Origin: Sedimentisphaera cyanobacteriorum
GTDB lineage: Bacteria > Planctomycetota > Phycisphaerae > Sedimentisphaerales > Sedimentisphaeraceae
Length of the DNA: 32,000 nt
Assembly (NCBI RefSeq): GCF_001997385.1
Contig: NZ_CP019633.1
Location: forward strand, 1,860,001 to 1,892,000
Reading direction: 5' to 3'
The first letter of the stretch is position 1. Every line of letters starts with the position of its first letter. The notes beneath the pieces were generated by a model. The model saw only the letters and a program-made list of their open reading frames with translations. It did not search any database and was not told the DNA's origin. Below are positions 7,766-15,547 of the stretch, piece after piece. Both the position numbers and the translations under genes were made by a program.

Positions 7766-9394
7766 TCAGCAGCCTGCCTGAACTACTCCGAAATTCATTA
7801 TTTTCCCGAGCCTCTTGAGCTGCTGGGTATAATCCCCGTAAACCATCACAAGATGCGAGCCGTAGTCCTGGGTTTTCTCGAATACATCATCAATATCTTT
7901 CACTTGAATATTCACGCCAAGGCTGCATCCCCTTCGATGCATTCCGTATCCGCTTTGGATAGTCCCTTTTGTAACAAGCAGGCTGTTGAATGAAGGATTG
8001 AACCTGCCGAGGGTTACGGTTTCGCCCTTGTCTCTACCGAAGTTGTATTTCATTGTAGGCCCGAAGCCCTGAGCCGTGAAATTGCGCAGTTCAAACGGGA
8101 GAGACTCGTTTTCAAAGCCCTTCATCTTCATCCCGGGCACGCTGTGCCATACTGAAAGAATATTTTTCATACCTTGATATTCTTTGTAGTATTCGGGGTT
8201 GCCCATATATGCCGATTTTTTCGAGAGGTAGCTCATAGCCATCATAGCTGTCATTGCGTTGAAATCGAGCTGGCATGCCGATGGATAGCCTGAATCTTTC
8301 AGCAGTGTATGCGTAAGGCAGGGAGTAATTTTATGGTCTTCAGCTATTTCAAGCGGACACACTTCCCTGCAGCCAACGCCGAAGCAGTTGCAGTCGTTTT
8401 CGTCCATAAGCGATTTGATTGCCATATAGTAAATTACCGAGCTGCGGACAAACTTTTTATCTGTGTGCAGGGCATTTGCCTTTGAGATCAGAGCTTCTGT
8501 AAGCTTATCTGCTTTCCTTGATTCGGCCGGGTTTTTCTTGATAGCTTTCATTCGATCTACAGCATCCTGATTAGAAAGCGGTACGCATCCCATCCCGTAC
8601 ATCTCTTTGAGGTCGTCGAAGTGGTAGAAAACGCTTCCCAGCCCGTGAGGCGTTTTGCCGTAGCGGTCTGAGATAACCAGCGCTGAGCTCTGCGAAAAAG
8701 CCTTTTTCACCCAGAGCATCTTCAGGATCTGGTCTAAGTCTTCCCAGTCGTATGCGAGATACCCTTCAAGCCCCTTGTGCTGGAGGCCTGCTTTCATATC
8801 CACGAGCCATCCGCCTATATCCCTGCCCCAGTTTTTGAGCCGTTCGGGGTTGGAGTAGGTAACTGTGGCAACGGGCTTGTTGAATTTTTCGGCGAGGAAT
8901 ATCCCCACCTGTCCGTTGAACCCGTCGAGGGTAACAAGCAGGTCGGTGTTTTCTATGTCCTCTGCAACCTTGCTGATCTCGCTGTCCGGGAAGCGAAAAT
9001 GGCAGTCTCTTTCTTTAACCAGCATTTTGAAATCCACCGTGGGGAGAAGCTCTACCTCTTCGGGGAAGTTTCTCGAGCTGATCAACTCTTTTCTTTGTAT
9101 CAGGTTTTGCTGATGCTTTTTGATGTCCGCTTCACGGGTGAGATTTTCCATGCTCCCTATCCGGCACGGACCTTCGTGAGCGGTATCGTGAATCAGCCCG
9201 CATATTACGAAGCGAACCCGCAGCTTCTTTTTGAAGAGCGGATTAAAATCCGTCATTGCATTTGGAGACTGAGCAAACGCAGAAGCCGGAAAGATGCTTG
9301 AATTCAATGAGAGCCCTCCCAGAAGCATAGTGCTTCCGCCTATAAAATCACGGCGATTAATGCAGTTACTGCATCCTGAAATTTTCTTTTTCAT
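7766..9394 (-). CDS. Tat-signal (exported) protein with a sugar-isomerase (FucI/AraA-family)-like C-terminal region; function unknown
   Basis: The N-terminus CINRRDFIGGSTMLLGGLSL...ASAFAQ is a twin-arginine leader with an A-x-A site. The C-terminal blocks PSACQLDFNAMTAMMAMSYLS and SHLVMVYGDYTQQLKRLGKIMNFGVV parallel ATEADDGAAVTMQVLKLLSG and HPMAIFGDYLADLKALAEQMNIPF of the 4360-5874 protein. The similarity was judged by eye only. Confidence 0.55.
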   Translation of the reverse strand: MKKKISGCSNCINRRDFIGGSTMLLGGLSLNSSIFPASAFAQSPNAMTDFNPLFKKKLRVRFVICGLIHDTAHEGPCRIGSMENLTREADIKKHQQNLIQRKELISSRNFPEEVELLPTVDFKMLVKERDCHFRFPDSEISKVAEDIENTDLLVTLDGFNGQVGIFLAEKFNKPVATVTYSNPERLKNWGRDIGGWLVDMKAGLQHKGLEGYLAYDWEDLDQILKMLWVKKAFSQSSALVISDRYGKTPHGLGSVFYHFDDLKEMYGMGCVPLSNQDAVDRMKAIKKNPAESRKADKLTEALISKANALHTDKKFVRSSVIYYMAIKSLMDENDCNCFGVGCREVCPLEIAEDHKITPCLTHTLLKDSGYPSACQLDFNAMTAMMAMSYLSKKSAYMGNPEYYKEYQGMKNILSVWHSVPGMKMKGFENESLPFELRNFTAQGFGPTMKYNFGRDKGETVTLGRFNPSFNSLLVTKGTIQSGYGMHRRGCSLGVNIQVKDIDDVFEKTQDYGSHLVMVYGDYTQQLKRLGKIMNFGVVQAGC

Positions 9395-9435
9395 CGCTCT
9401 AAGCTTTCAAAAAGTGATCTATTTTATTTTTGAAT

Positions 9436-10248
9436 TTAACGCACATCCGCCTCGCCTGAGGTATCTTTCATCCACTCAGGCCAGTCGTTGTGTTTCGGCC
9501 AGATTCGTGATTTGTCCCAACCCATATGCCATTCGAAGTTCCAGAGGCTCTTAAGGCCGAGTTTTTCAACGTGTCCGTCCACCATAGCCATATTCATAGA
9601 GCCCTGATGGCGGTCTATGCAGAACCTCGCCATGCTTGTATCCCCGCCTCCGAGCTTATTGCGCTGATCGCCTTCTACAGCACGAGGAGCGGTTGGCCAA
9701 GGGCCGTAATTCTCTTTTGGATGGCCTCCCCATCTCCAGCAGTCTCCGAACATTGGAACTTTATGAGGCTGGCTTACTCTTGTAACCTTGCCCCAGTGTT
9801 CTTCATCAAAGCCCCATAAATCACCGTCTCCATCGTATCCCTCAACCTGTTTGAGATTGTAGAGCCAGTTGTTGATTCCGAAGCTGGATTTGAATGTGCC
9901 GTCCGGTTCGCCTGATACATCTTCGCTCCAAGCTGCAAAGCAGCCTCTTCCGCCCTCATCCACGGTTTTCGTTGCCGTAGGGCAAAGACGCATAGATTCC
10001 CCTCCGTCCTCGTAGTACGGGCGGAGCGGTTCTACCCATAAACCTGTATCTCCGGGCATAAAGGAATTGTTGTTGTCTGCGAGGTAGAGGCCGAAAATCG
10101 TTCCCCACTGTCTTAGATGTGATTGACACAGAACCGTTTTTGCCTGCTCTCTTGCTTTGCTAAGCGCAGGCATGAGAACTGCCATCAAAAGAGCGATGAT
10201 TGATATAACTACAAGCAGTTCAATTAAAGTAAAAGCTTTCTTTTTCAT
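9436..10248 (-). CDS. Prepilin-type N-terminal cleavage/methylation domain protein of the H-X9-DG (DUF1559) pseudopilin-like family
   Basis: The N-terminus MKKKAFTLIELLVVISIIALLMAVLMPAL is a class III signal ending in FTLIELLVV. The C-terminal HQGSMNMAMVDGH matches H-x9-D-G. AGGAG lies 9 nt upstream of the ATG. This family is a PVC-superphylum hallmark. Confidence 0.9.
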   Translation of the reverse strand: MKKKAFTLIELLVVISIIALLMAVLMPALSKAREQAKTVLCQSHLRQWGTIFGLYLADNNNSFMPGDTGLWVEPLRPYYEDGGESMRLCPTATKTVDEGGRGCFAAWSEDVSGEPDGTFKSSFGINNWLYNLKQVEGYDGDGDLWGFDEEHWGKVTRVSQPHKVPMFGDCWRWGGHPKENYGPWPTAPRAVEGDQRNKLGGGDTSMARFCIDRHQGSMNMAMVDGHVEKLGLKSLWNFEWHMGWDKSRIWPKHNDWPEWMKDTSGEADVR

Positions 10249-10378
10249 CTCGTAATTCTCCTAAATTATAAAACCTTTCTCTTATACTATAGCATAAAGG
10301 AAGTCTAATTTCCACATTTCTTTGAAATTTTAAATAATTTTTGGAGACCAGTATTCAGCTAAACAGCGTTGATAATTG

Positions 10379-11506
10379 CTAATTCAGCATAGAGAGCATA
10401 ATTTCCGCTGTTTTCTTTCGGGATTCTATCTCTGTCATCTGGTTTGTAAGGCTGGTAAGCTCGGTGCTTATTTCCTTTAATTTATCAGGGTTTTCGAGCA
10501 AGTTTTCGGCAGCCTCTGCAATTGGCTCGGTGGATTTGAAATAAGGCATAAATTCGGGCACAAGCCCCCTTCCCGCAAGAATATTTGGAAGAGACAGGTG
10601 TTTGAGCCGAATTATAAAGCGGCCGGCAAGATTCCATACCATCGGACTGGACTGATACATAATTATCATCGGACAGCCTGCAGCTGCGGCTTGGAGAGAT
10701 GCGCTTCCGCTTGCGCAGATGCAGAGATCGCTTTTAAGGCAGGTGCTTATTACCGAATCAGTCTCATATCTGCACTCAAAGCCGTTGATTTGCTTCGCTT
10801 TGAGCATATCGATTCGGGACTGATTATTCCCCACAGCGGTAAACTCTGCCTCTGGAAATTTCTGTTTGAGCTTTAAGCCGATCTCCTGCATAGGTTCCCA
10901 GAGGCTCTCTATTTCTGCTTTTCGCGAGCCTGGAAGAAGGCATATCCTGGCAGATTCCGGAGTGAAATTTTCGTAGTTTTTGGTGTTTTCTCTCGGGTGT
11001 ATATCCAGCTCATCGAATAGCGGATTGCCCACGAATTCCGCATCCACCCCTCTGGCCTTGAACCATTTCTCTTCGAACGGGAGTATGCAGCAGAGCTTAT
11101 CGCAGCACTTTCTCAGCTTTCTTATCCTCCAAGGCGCCCATGCCCAGAGCTGCGGGGCAACATAAAACATCACTGGAATCCCGAGCTTCTTGGCCGCCTT
11201 GGCTATGTGAAAATTGAAGGCGGGTGAATCGCAAACAACCACAAGGCCGATTCTGTTTCTCCGGAGATACCGCTTGGCCTCGCTAATCAGCTTTTTGTAG
11301 CATCCGAGCTGGCTTAGTACGTTGTATATCATCGCGGCCCGGGAGACAGTGTCTTCAAGGATATCGCAGCCTGCTGAGGCCATCTTCCTGCCTCCGAAGC
11401 CCGCAAACTCAATTGAGCTGTCTTTCTCTTTCGCCGATTGAATAAGCTCGGCGCAGTGTTTCTCTGCACTTGGCTCCATAGCACTTATAAATATCTTCCG
11501 CTTCAT
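10379..11506 (-). CDS. lpxB: Lipid-A-disaccharide synthase (GT19)
   Basis: The central block DSPAFNFHIAKAAKKLGIPVMFYVAPQLWAWAPWRIRKLRKCCDKLCCILPFEEKWFKARGVDAEFVGNPLFDEL matches the LpxB signature (PxFN...YyvaPQvWAWr..R...PFE...fVGhPl). I prefer the internal ATG (MKRKIFISAMEPS) at 11506 over the upstream ATG at 11566. Confidence 0.88.
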   Translation of the reverse strand: MKRKIFISAMEPSAEKHCAELIQSAKEKDSSIEFAGFGGRKMASAGCDILEDTVSRAAMIYNVLSQLGCYKKLISEAKRYLRRNRIGLVVVCDSPAFNFHIAKAAKKLGIPVMFYVAPQLWAWAPWRIRKLRKCCDKLCCILPFEEKWFKARGVDAEFVGNPLFDELDIHPRENTKNYENFTPESARICLLPGSRKAEIESLWEPMQEIGLKLKQKFPEAEFTAVGNNQSRIDMLKAKQINGFECRYETDSVISTCLKSDLCICASGSASLQAAAAGCPMIIMYQSSPMVWNLAGRFIIRLKHLSLPNILAGRGLVPEFMPYFKSTEPIAEAAENLLENPDKLKEISTELTSLTNQMTEIESRKKTAEIMLSMLN

Positions 11507-11608
11507 AATCCCCGCAAACGCTGTTCGGCAGCGATTTTGCAATAAAGAAAAATCCCGCTGAAACACGCAATCAAAGCTGCTGCGTAATCTCAGCGGGAGT
11601 GAGTTTTT

Positions 11609-12871
11609 CTATTTCTTCTTGGCTGAGCTTTTTTTGGCTGTCTTCTTTTTTGAGCTCTTGGCTGCTTTGCGGTTTACAACCCCGTTTACCTTCATCGGCA
11701 GGCCGAAGAGCCTGATGAATCCTGTTGCATCTGTTGAGTTGTATTCTGCTCCCATCTCAAAGCTTGCAAGCTCGTCGCTGTAGAGGCTGTTCGGGCTCTT
11801 TATGCCCACGGGGATTGCGTGTCCTTTGAACAGCTTAACGCGCACAGTACCGTTTACTACCTTTTGCGTGCTCTCGAAAAACGCATCGAGTGCTTCACGT
11901 ATCGGGCAGAACCACTGGCCGTTGTAAACTATATCTGCATATTTCAAGGCAACCTGCTTCTTGTAGTGGTATGTCTCACGTTCCATTGTGAGCGTTTCAA
12001 GGGCTTCATGGGCGTTCATAAGGATAGTCCCGCCCGGGGTTTCATAAACGCCTCTGGATTTCATCCCAACGAGCCTGTTTTCAACGAGGTCAACCTGACC
12101 AACGCCGTGCGTCCCGCCGATCTCGTTGAGCCTTTCGATCATCGTTACTCCGCTTAAAGCCTTCCCGTCAAGCTTAACCGGAATTCCGTTTTCAAAGCCT
12201 ATCTCTACATAATCCGGTTTGGCGGGTGTCTTTGATATCGGACGCGACATCACAAACAGACTGTTTTGCGGCTCGTTCCACGGATCCTCAAGATCTGCGC
12301 CTTCATGGCTTATGTGCCAGAGGTTTCTGTCTCGGGAGTAGATCTTGCGTTTTGTCTGGTCTATCGGGATATCACGCTTTTTGGCATAATCGACTGCCGC
12401 TTCGCGGCTTGTTAGCGTGAAATTCGGGTCTTTCCAAGGAGCAACGATATCCAGCGAGGGATCAAGAGACATAAAGGTAAGTTCGAAGCGCACCTGATCA
12501 TTTCCCTTGCCCGTAGCCCCGTGAGCAACAGCGCCCGCTCCGTACTGATGGGCAACCTCAACCTGCCTCTTTGCAATCAGCGGCCTTGCAATGCTTGTTC
12601 CGAGAAGATAGCCCTTCTCGTAAACCGCTCCGCTTTTGAGCATCGGCCAAACGTAATCTTCAACAAACGTCTTGCGAAGATCATCAACAACGCAGTCTGC
12701 TGCGCCTGTTTTCATCGCCTTCTGCTTTATGTTTTTCAGCTCATCGCCTTGCCCGAGCTCTGCGGCATAACATACCACCTCATAGCCGTATGTTTCCTTG
12801 AGCCAAGGAAGAATTACGCTTGTATCAAGCCCGCCGCTGTATGCGAGCACTACCTTTTTTGATTTTGCCAT
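11609..12871 (-). CDS. argG: Argininosuccinate synthase with an unusual Lys/Ser/Ala-rich C-terminal tail
   Basis: [15 protein letters not shown] is the ATP pyrophosphatase P-loop (SGGLDTS). [28 protein letters not shown] and [18 protein letters not shown] are canonical ArgG blocks. The last ~21 aa read [21 protein letters not shown]. Confidence 0.97.
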   Translation of the reverse strand: MAKSKKVVLAYSGGLDTSVILPWLKETYGYEVVCYAAELGQGDELKNIKQKAMKTGAADCVVDDLRKTFVEDYVWPMLKSGAVYEKGYLLGTSIARPLIAKRQVEVAHQYGAGAVAHGATGKGNDQVRFELTFMSLDPSLDIVAPWKDPNFTLTSREAAVDYAKKRDIPIDQTKRKIYSRDRNLWHISHEGADLEDPWNEPQNSLFVMSRPISKTPAKPDYVEIGFENGIPVKLDGKALSGVTMIERLNEIGGTHGVGQVDLVENRLVGMKSRGVYETPGGTILMNAHEALETLTMERETYHYKKQVALKYADIVYNGQWFCPIREALDAFFESTQKVVNGTVRVKLFKGHAIPVGIKSPNSLYSDELASFEMGAEYNSTDATGFIRLFGLPMKVNGVVNRKAAKSSKKKTAKKSSAKKK

Positions 12872-13046
12872 TTCTCTAAACCCTTTAAGAACACTGAATT
12901 TCTAAATAAAAGCCCAATTATAACAAATATCAGGAGCAGTTGAATAATAAATTCTGACCTGAAAACAAGTTTGCGGGCATTATTATCAAAATCCCAAACT
13001 TTATATGCCGTTCGGACTTCTCAGATTTAACCCGTTCGAAGTTTTC

Positions 13047-13097
13047 TATCCACAGGTACACTAAGATAACGCAGATTTTTTTTGTTTTACCGCGAAG
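13047..13097. repeat. Short dispersed/direct repeat, copy 1 (TATCCACAG...AGATTTTTTTTGTTTTACCGCGAAG)
   Basis: It shares TATCCACAG and a T-rich...TTTTACCGC(G/A)AAG segment with copy 2, 145 bp downstream in the same orientation. Copy 1 carries a 17-nt insertion relative to copy 2. It lies in non-coding DNA upstream of argG. Confidence 0.5.
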
Positions 13098-13190
13098 CCC
13101 GCGAAACACACGAAGGGGATATGGTTTTGATTTAATCAAAGAAGCTTGGCAGGTAAACGATCTCGCGGATTTATGTCGCAGCGAAATTTA

Positions 13191-13225
13191 TTATCCACAG
13201 ATTTTATGTTTTTTTTACCGCAAAG
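13191..13225. repeat. Short dispersed/direct repeat, copy 2 (TTATCCACAGATTTTATGTTTTTTTTACCGCAAAG)
   Basis: See copy 1. This copy begins with TTATCCACA, which is identical to the DnaA-box consensus. Confidence 0.5.
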
Positions 13226-13275
13226 CATTTACAGACTGAACCAGCGGTTCGCTGCTTAATAATGCAGCGTCTTAC

Positions 13276-13430
13276 AGCGGAGGAGCGCAAGCTCTCCGCT
13301 AGGATAGCGAAACGTGGAGAGCCGGCGGTAAACGAAAAATCTTTTCTAAAAGAATGCCTAGCGGGCGACTTGCGTCGCTCCGCTGTAGTACGGGGGATGT
13401 TAAACATTGAGCCTGTCCGCCGCAGGCGGA
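13276..13430. other. Cluster of three G+C-rich hairpins in non-coding DNA (possible REP-like element or small structured RNA)
   Basis: Hairpin 1 is AGCGGAGGAGC-GCAA-GCTCTCCGCT (13276-13300), with a GNRA-type loop and one bulge. Hairpin 2 is AGCGGGCGAC-TTGC-GTCGCTCCGCT (13360-13384). Hairpin 3 is TCCGCC-GCA-GGCGGA (13416-13430). Hairpins 1 and 2 share the same stem base (AGCGG...CTCCGCT). The overlapping ORFs on both strands have low-complexity, Arg-rich translations and look spurious. Confidence 0.4.
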
Positions 13431-13557
13431 GATTTAGCGGCAGCTGCAGGAGAAAATCTTTCCCCTTATCATTGCCTTGAACTAAAAAGATTCTGTCTAA
13501 AAATATCCCCTTAGTGCTTCTTAGCGTTTCTCAGTGGCTGAAAATCTAATCAGCTAA

Positions 13558-14244
13558 AACCCTCTCGTTTCAGAAATCGCCGAGTTGAATTCTCTTGAAA
13601 GCGATTCCGAAATCCAGTATGATAATGCAGGCAATATGATTTACGACTGCGGGAATAAGTATGAATATTCCGCCGGAGGTGCGTTGGCCTCAGTTGATTC
13701 GGGAGGACAAATGATCGAATACAAATACGATGCGTTGGGGCGCAGGGTTGCGGCAAGCTAGGGCGGCGTGGAAACGTACTGCCTGTACGATACGCTCGGC
13801 CGCTGCGTGAAGGAGTTTACCACGACCGATTCTGGCGAAACGCTCGCCGGCGGGGATGAATACGTTTACGGCAATGGGTTCGCTGAGCTGATTGCGGTTT
13901 GCGATGCTTCGGGCGGGGTGGAATATGCCCTCACCGACGCGCTGGGCAGTGTGGTATGCTTGGCCGGCTCGCCAGCATACATCAGCCCTGTACGCTATGA
14001 TGCATACGGCAATGCCGGCGACGATACGCCCGATATGCCGTTTGGCTTTGCGGGGATGAAGAGCGAGCCCGCCGCAGACATCTGCCTCACGCCAAACCGT
14101 GCATACTCGCCCGGCCTCGGACGCTGGCTCTCCCCCGATCCAACCCAGATAATAACCTTAAGCCTATTATACGAAAAGATTTTACACTATCGTATTGCCT
14201 GCGGCCTAAAAAAAGATTCAAAAATTTTTCTACAGCTATTATAA
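13558..14244 (+). pseudogene. Orphan RHS/YD-repeat C-terminal fragment (RHS repeat-associated core), interrupted by an in-frame TAG and lacking a toxin domain
   Basis: Frame 1 reads ...SEIQYDNAGNMIYDCGNKYEYSAGGALASVDSGGQMIEYKYDALGRRVAAS-TAG(13759-13761)-GGVETYCLYDTLGRCV...YVYGNG...YALTDALGSVV...RYDAYGN...PFGFAGMKSE...LTPNRAYSPGLGRWLSPDP. These are YD repeats plus the RHS core terminal motif (R-x-Y-x-P-x-x-G-R-(F/W)-x-S-x-D-P). There is no start codon or N-terminal body upstream. Only ~31 aa follow the DP motif, in AT-rich sequence. Confidence 0.8.
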
Positions 14245-14298
14245 TGAACACTTAAGAAATTTTTGCATTGGTGATAATAAATTATTTAAGGACAGACA

Positions 14299-14511
14299 AT
14301 GAATTACAAAGAGTATAAGGTTATTACGGTTGTTGAGAGCGGTTTTGGTACAATTTTTCTCGGCGCATCAGGGATCCCTACAGACAAGATGGAATCGAGT
14401 CTTAATATGGAGGCGGCAGAAGGCTGGCAGGTAGTGTTTCAGATTGTTGAACAGAAGCGTTTTCTGCTCTTCTGGACAAGAGAGGCGATAATAATCACGC
14501 TTGGCAGGTAA
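14299..14511 (+). CDS. Small DUF4177-like protein
   Basis: The protein is 70 aa. MNYKEYKVITVV...LNMEAAEGWQVV resembles the DUF4177 pattern (xEYKVv...Ln..a.eGWelv). The ATG is preceded by AAGGACAGACA. Its stop overlaps the next ORF's upstream TTG. Confidence 0.5.
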   Translation: MNYKEYKVITVVESGFGTIFLGASGIPTDKMESSLNMEAAEGWQVVFQIVEQKRFLLFWTREAIIITLGR

Positions 14512-14527
14512 GAGCGGGCTGAAAATT

Positions 14528-14923
14528 ATGGGGATTCTCAAGAAAGAAGAAGTGCTGCGGAAAGAAGAGATGCTGCGGAAAAGGATAGGCGAGCTCAGCA
14601 GCGATAATCGTTATGAGTTCTACAAAAGGGCAAACAGAAAGATAAAAGATCCCGACACTTACGCTGTTTTGAATTATCTAATAATCATCGGCCTGCACCA
14701 CTTCTACCTCGGAAAATGGGTGCTTGGACTGCTTAATATTGCGATATTTGCAGCGGGAATAATAATGCTTTTTCATGGCGAGCTGATTGGGGCTCATATG
14801 GTTTGGGGGATACTAATTTTCGAGCTGCATCAGCTTTTCAGATCGCAGATAATCGTGAAAGATCACAACAACAGAGTAAAGGAGCAGGTTTACTTTTCGA
14901 TTACCGGAAGCAGCCCTTACTAA
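14528..14923 (+). CDS. TM2 domain-containing membrane protein
   Basis: YAVLNYLIIIGLHHFYLGKWVLGLLNIAIFAAGIIMLF matches the TM2 signature (G.hrFYlG....G). The N-terminal charged region contains an 18-nt tandem duplication, gaagaagtgctgcggaaa / gaagagatgctgcggaaa (14546-14581), giving EEVLRK-EEMLRK. I prefer the ATG at 14528 over the TTG at 14501. Confidence 0.7.
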   Translation: MGILKKEEVLRKEEMLRKRIGELSSDNRYEFYKRANRKIKDPDTYAVLNYLIIIGLHHFYLGKWVLGLLNIAIFAAGIIMLFHGELIGAHMVWGILIFELHQLFRSQIIVKDHNNRVKEQVYFSITGSSPY

Positions 14924-15098
14924 TAATCCCCGAAATCAGAGGATTATTGCTAAACCTAAAACAGAAATGCTTATTCAGATGAGCTTGCAATGAGCTGTTA
15001 TTCCCTTACAATCGCTCGTTCTGATTCTAACCAAAACCCCAATTTTTCTATAAAGACAGCAGGATTTTTTGCCTGCTCGAAAAGGAAAGGAGCTACTA

Positions 15099-15470
15099 AT
15101 GAAAGTTGAAGTTAATTTTAAACGTTATTTCCTGTATCTGCTGCGCTGGCAGCTCTCTTCGCCTCTTCTTGCCGGCTGCCTTTATTTTCTCGCTTCTACA
15201 GGGACTGTCGTTGCAACGATAATATCGAATTTAATCGGCGGGCTTATATTTTTCTGGGTTGATAAATTTATCTTCCAGTCCCGCAAACTTGCTGCATCTT
15301 GGCAGGTGGAGGAGAATATCAAATGCGCAGACTGCGGAAAGGTCTCACGCGGCTACAGGCTGGTAAAGGCGAAAAATTACAACAAATCTGAATCTGCTCC
15401 GGAATTCCGCTGCGAGGAATGCTCAATAAAGAAATCCAAGGAGCTCAAAGACAGAGGCGTTGACATATAA
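15099..15470 (+). CDS. Small membrane protein (2 TM, GtrA-like half) with a C-terminal CxxC...CxxC zinc-ribbon
   Basis: The ATG at 15099 is preceded by AAAGGAAAGGAG. There are two hydrophobic segments (LSSPLLAGCLYFLAS, VVATIISNLIGGLIFFWVDKFIF), followed by CADCGK...x24...CEECS. Confidence 0.55.
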   Translation: MKVEVNFKRYFLYLLRWQLSSPLLAGCLYFLASTGTVVATIISNLIGGLIFFWVDKFIFQSRKLAASWQVEENIKCADCGKVSRGYRLVKAKNYNKSESAPEFRCEECSIKKSKELKDRGVDI

Positions 15471-15547
15471 AATATCAGAAAAATTGTAAAAAGGCTGATT
15501 CTGAAATATCTACTTGGGAAAAGTTATTTTTTCAAGTAGGAAATTTT

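Noticed and set aside
7463-7993. 176-aa plus-strand ORF overlapping both the small membrane-protein gene and the 3' end of the minus-strand Tat-protein gene.
   Set aside because: Its composition is Arg/His-rich with no motifs. It overlaps two better-supported genes in different frames or strands.
13047-13200. Replication origin (oriC), suggested by the TTATCCACA / CTATCCACA boxes.
   Set aside because: There are only two boxes, and both are embedded in a repeated element. No dnaA/dnaN/gyrB neighbours and no cluster of additional boxes or obvious DUE repeats are present. A dispersed repeat is more likely.
12930-13480. ORFs 12930-13139(-), 13204-13407(-) and 13262-13480(+) in the long gap upstream of argG.
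   Set aside because: They read through repeat units and G+C-rich hairpins, giving strings such as RVFRGLRGKTKKICV and RRRRRFSGSCRRK. They overlap each other on both strands and lack RBS-like context. I treated the region as non-coding repeats and structure.
13768-14244. Treating the GTG-initiated 158-aa ORF as an intact small RHS-family gene.
   Set aside because: YD-repeat homology continues in the same frame upstream across an in-frame TAG, and no N-terminal or toxin domains exist. I annotated it as a pseudogene/orphan fragment instead.
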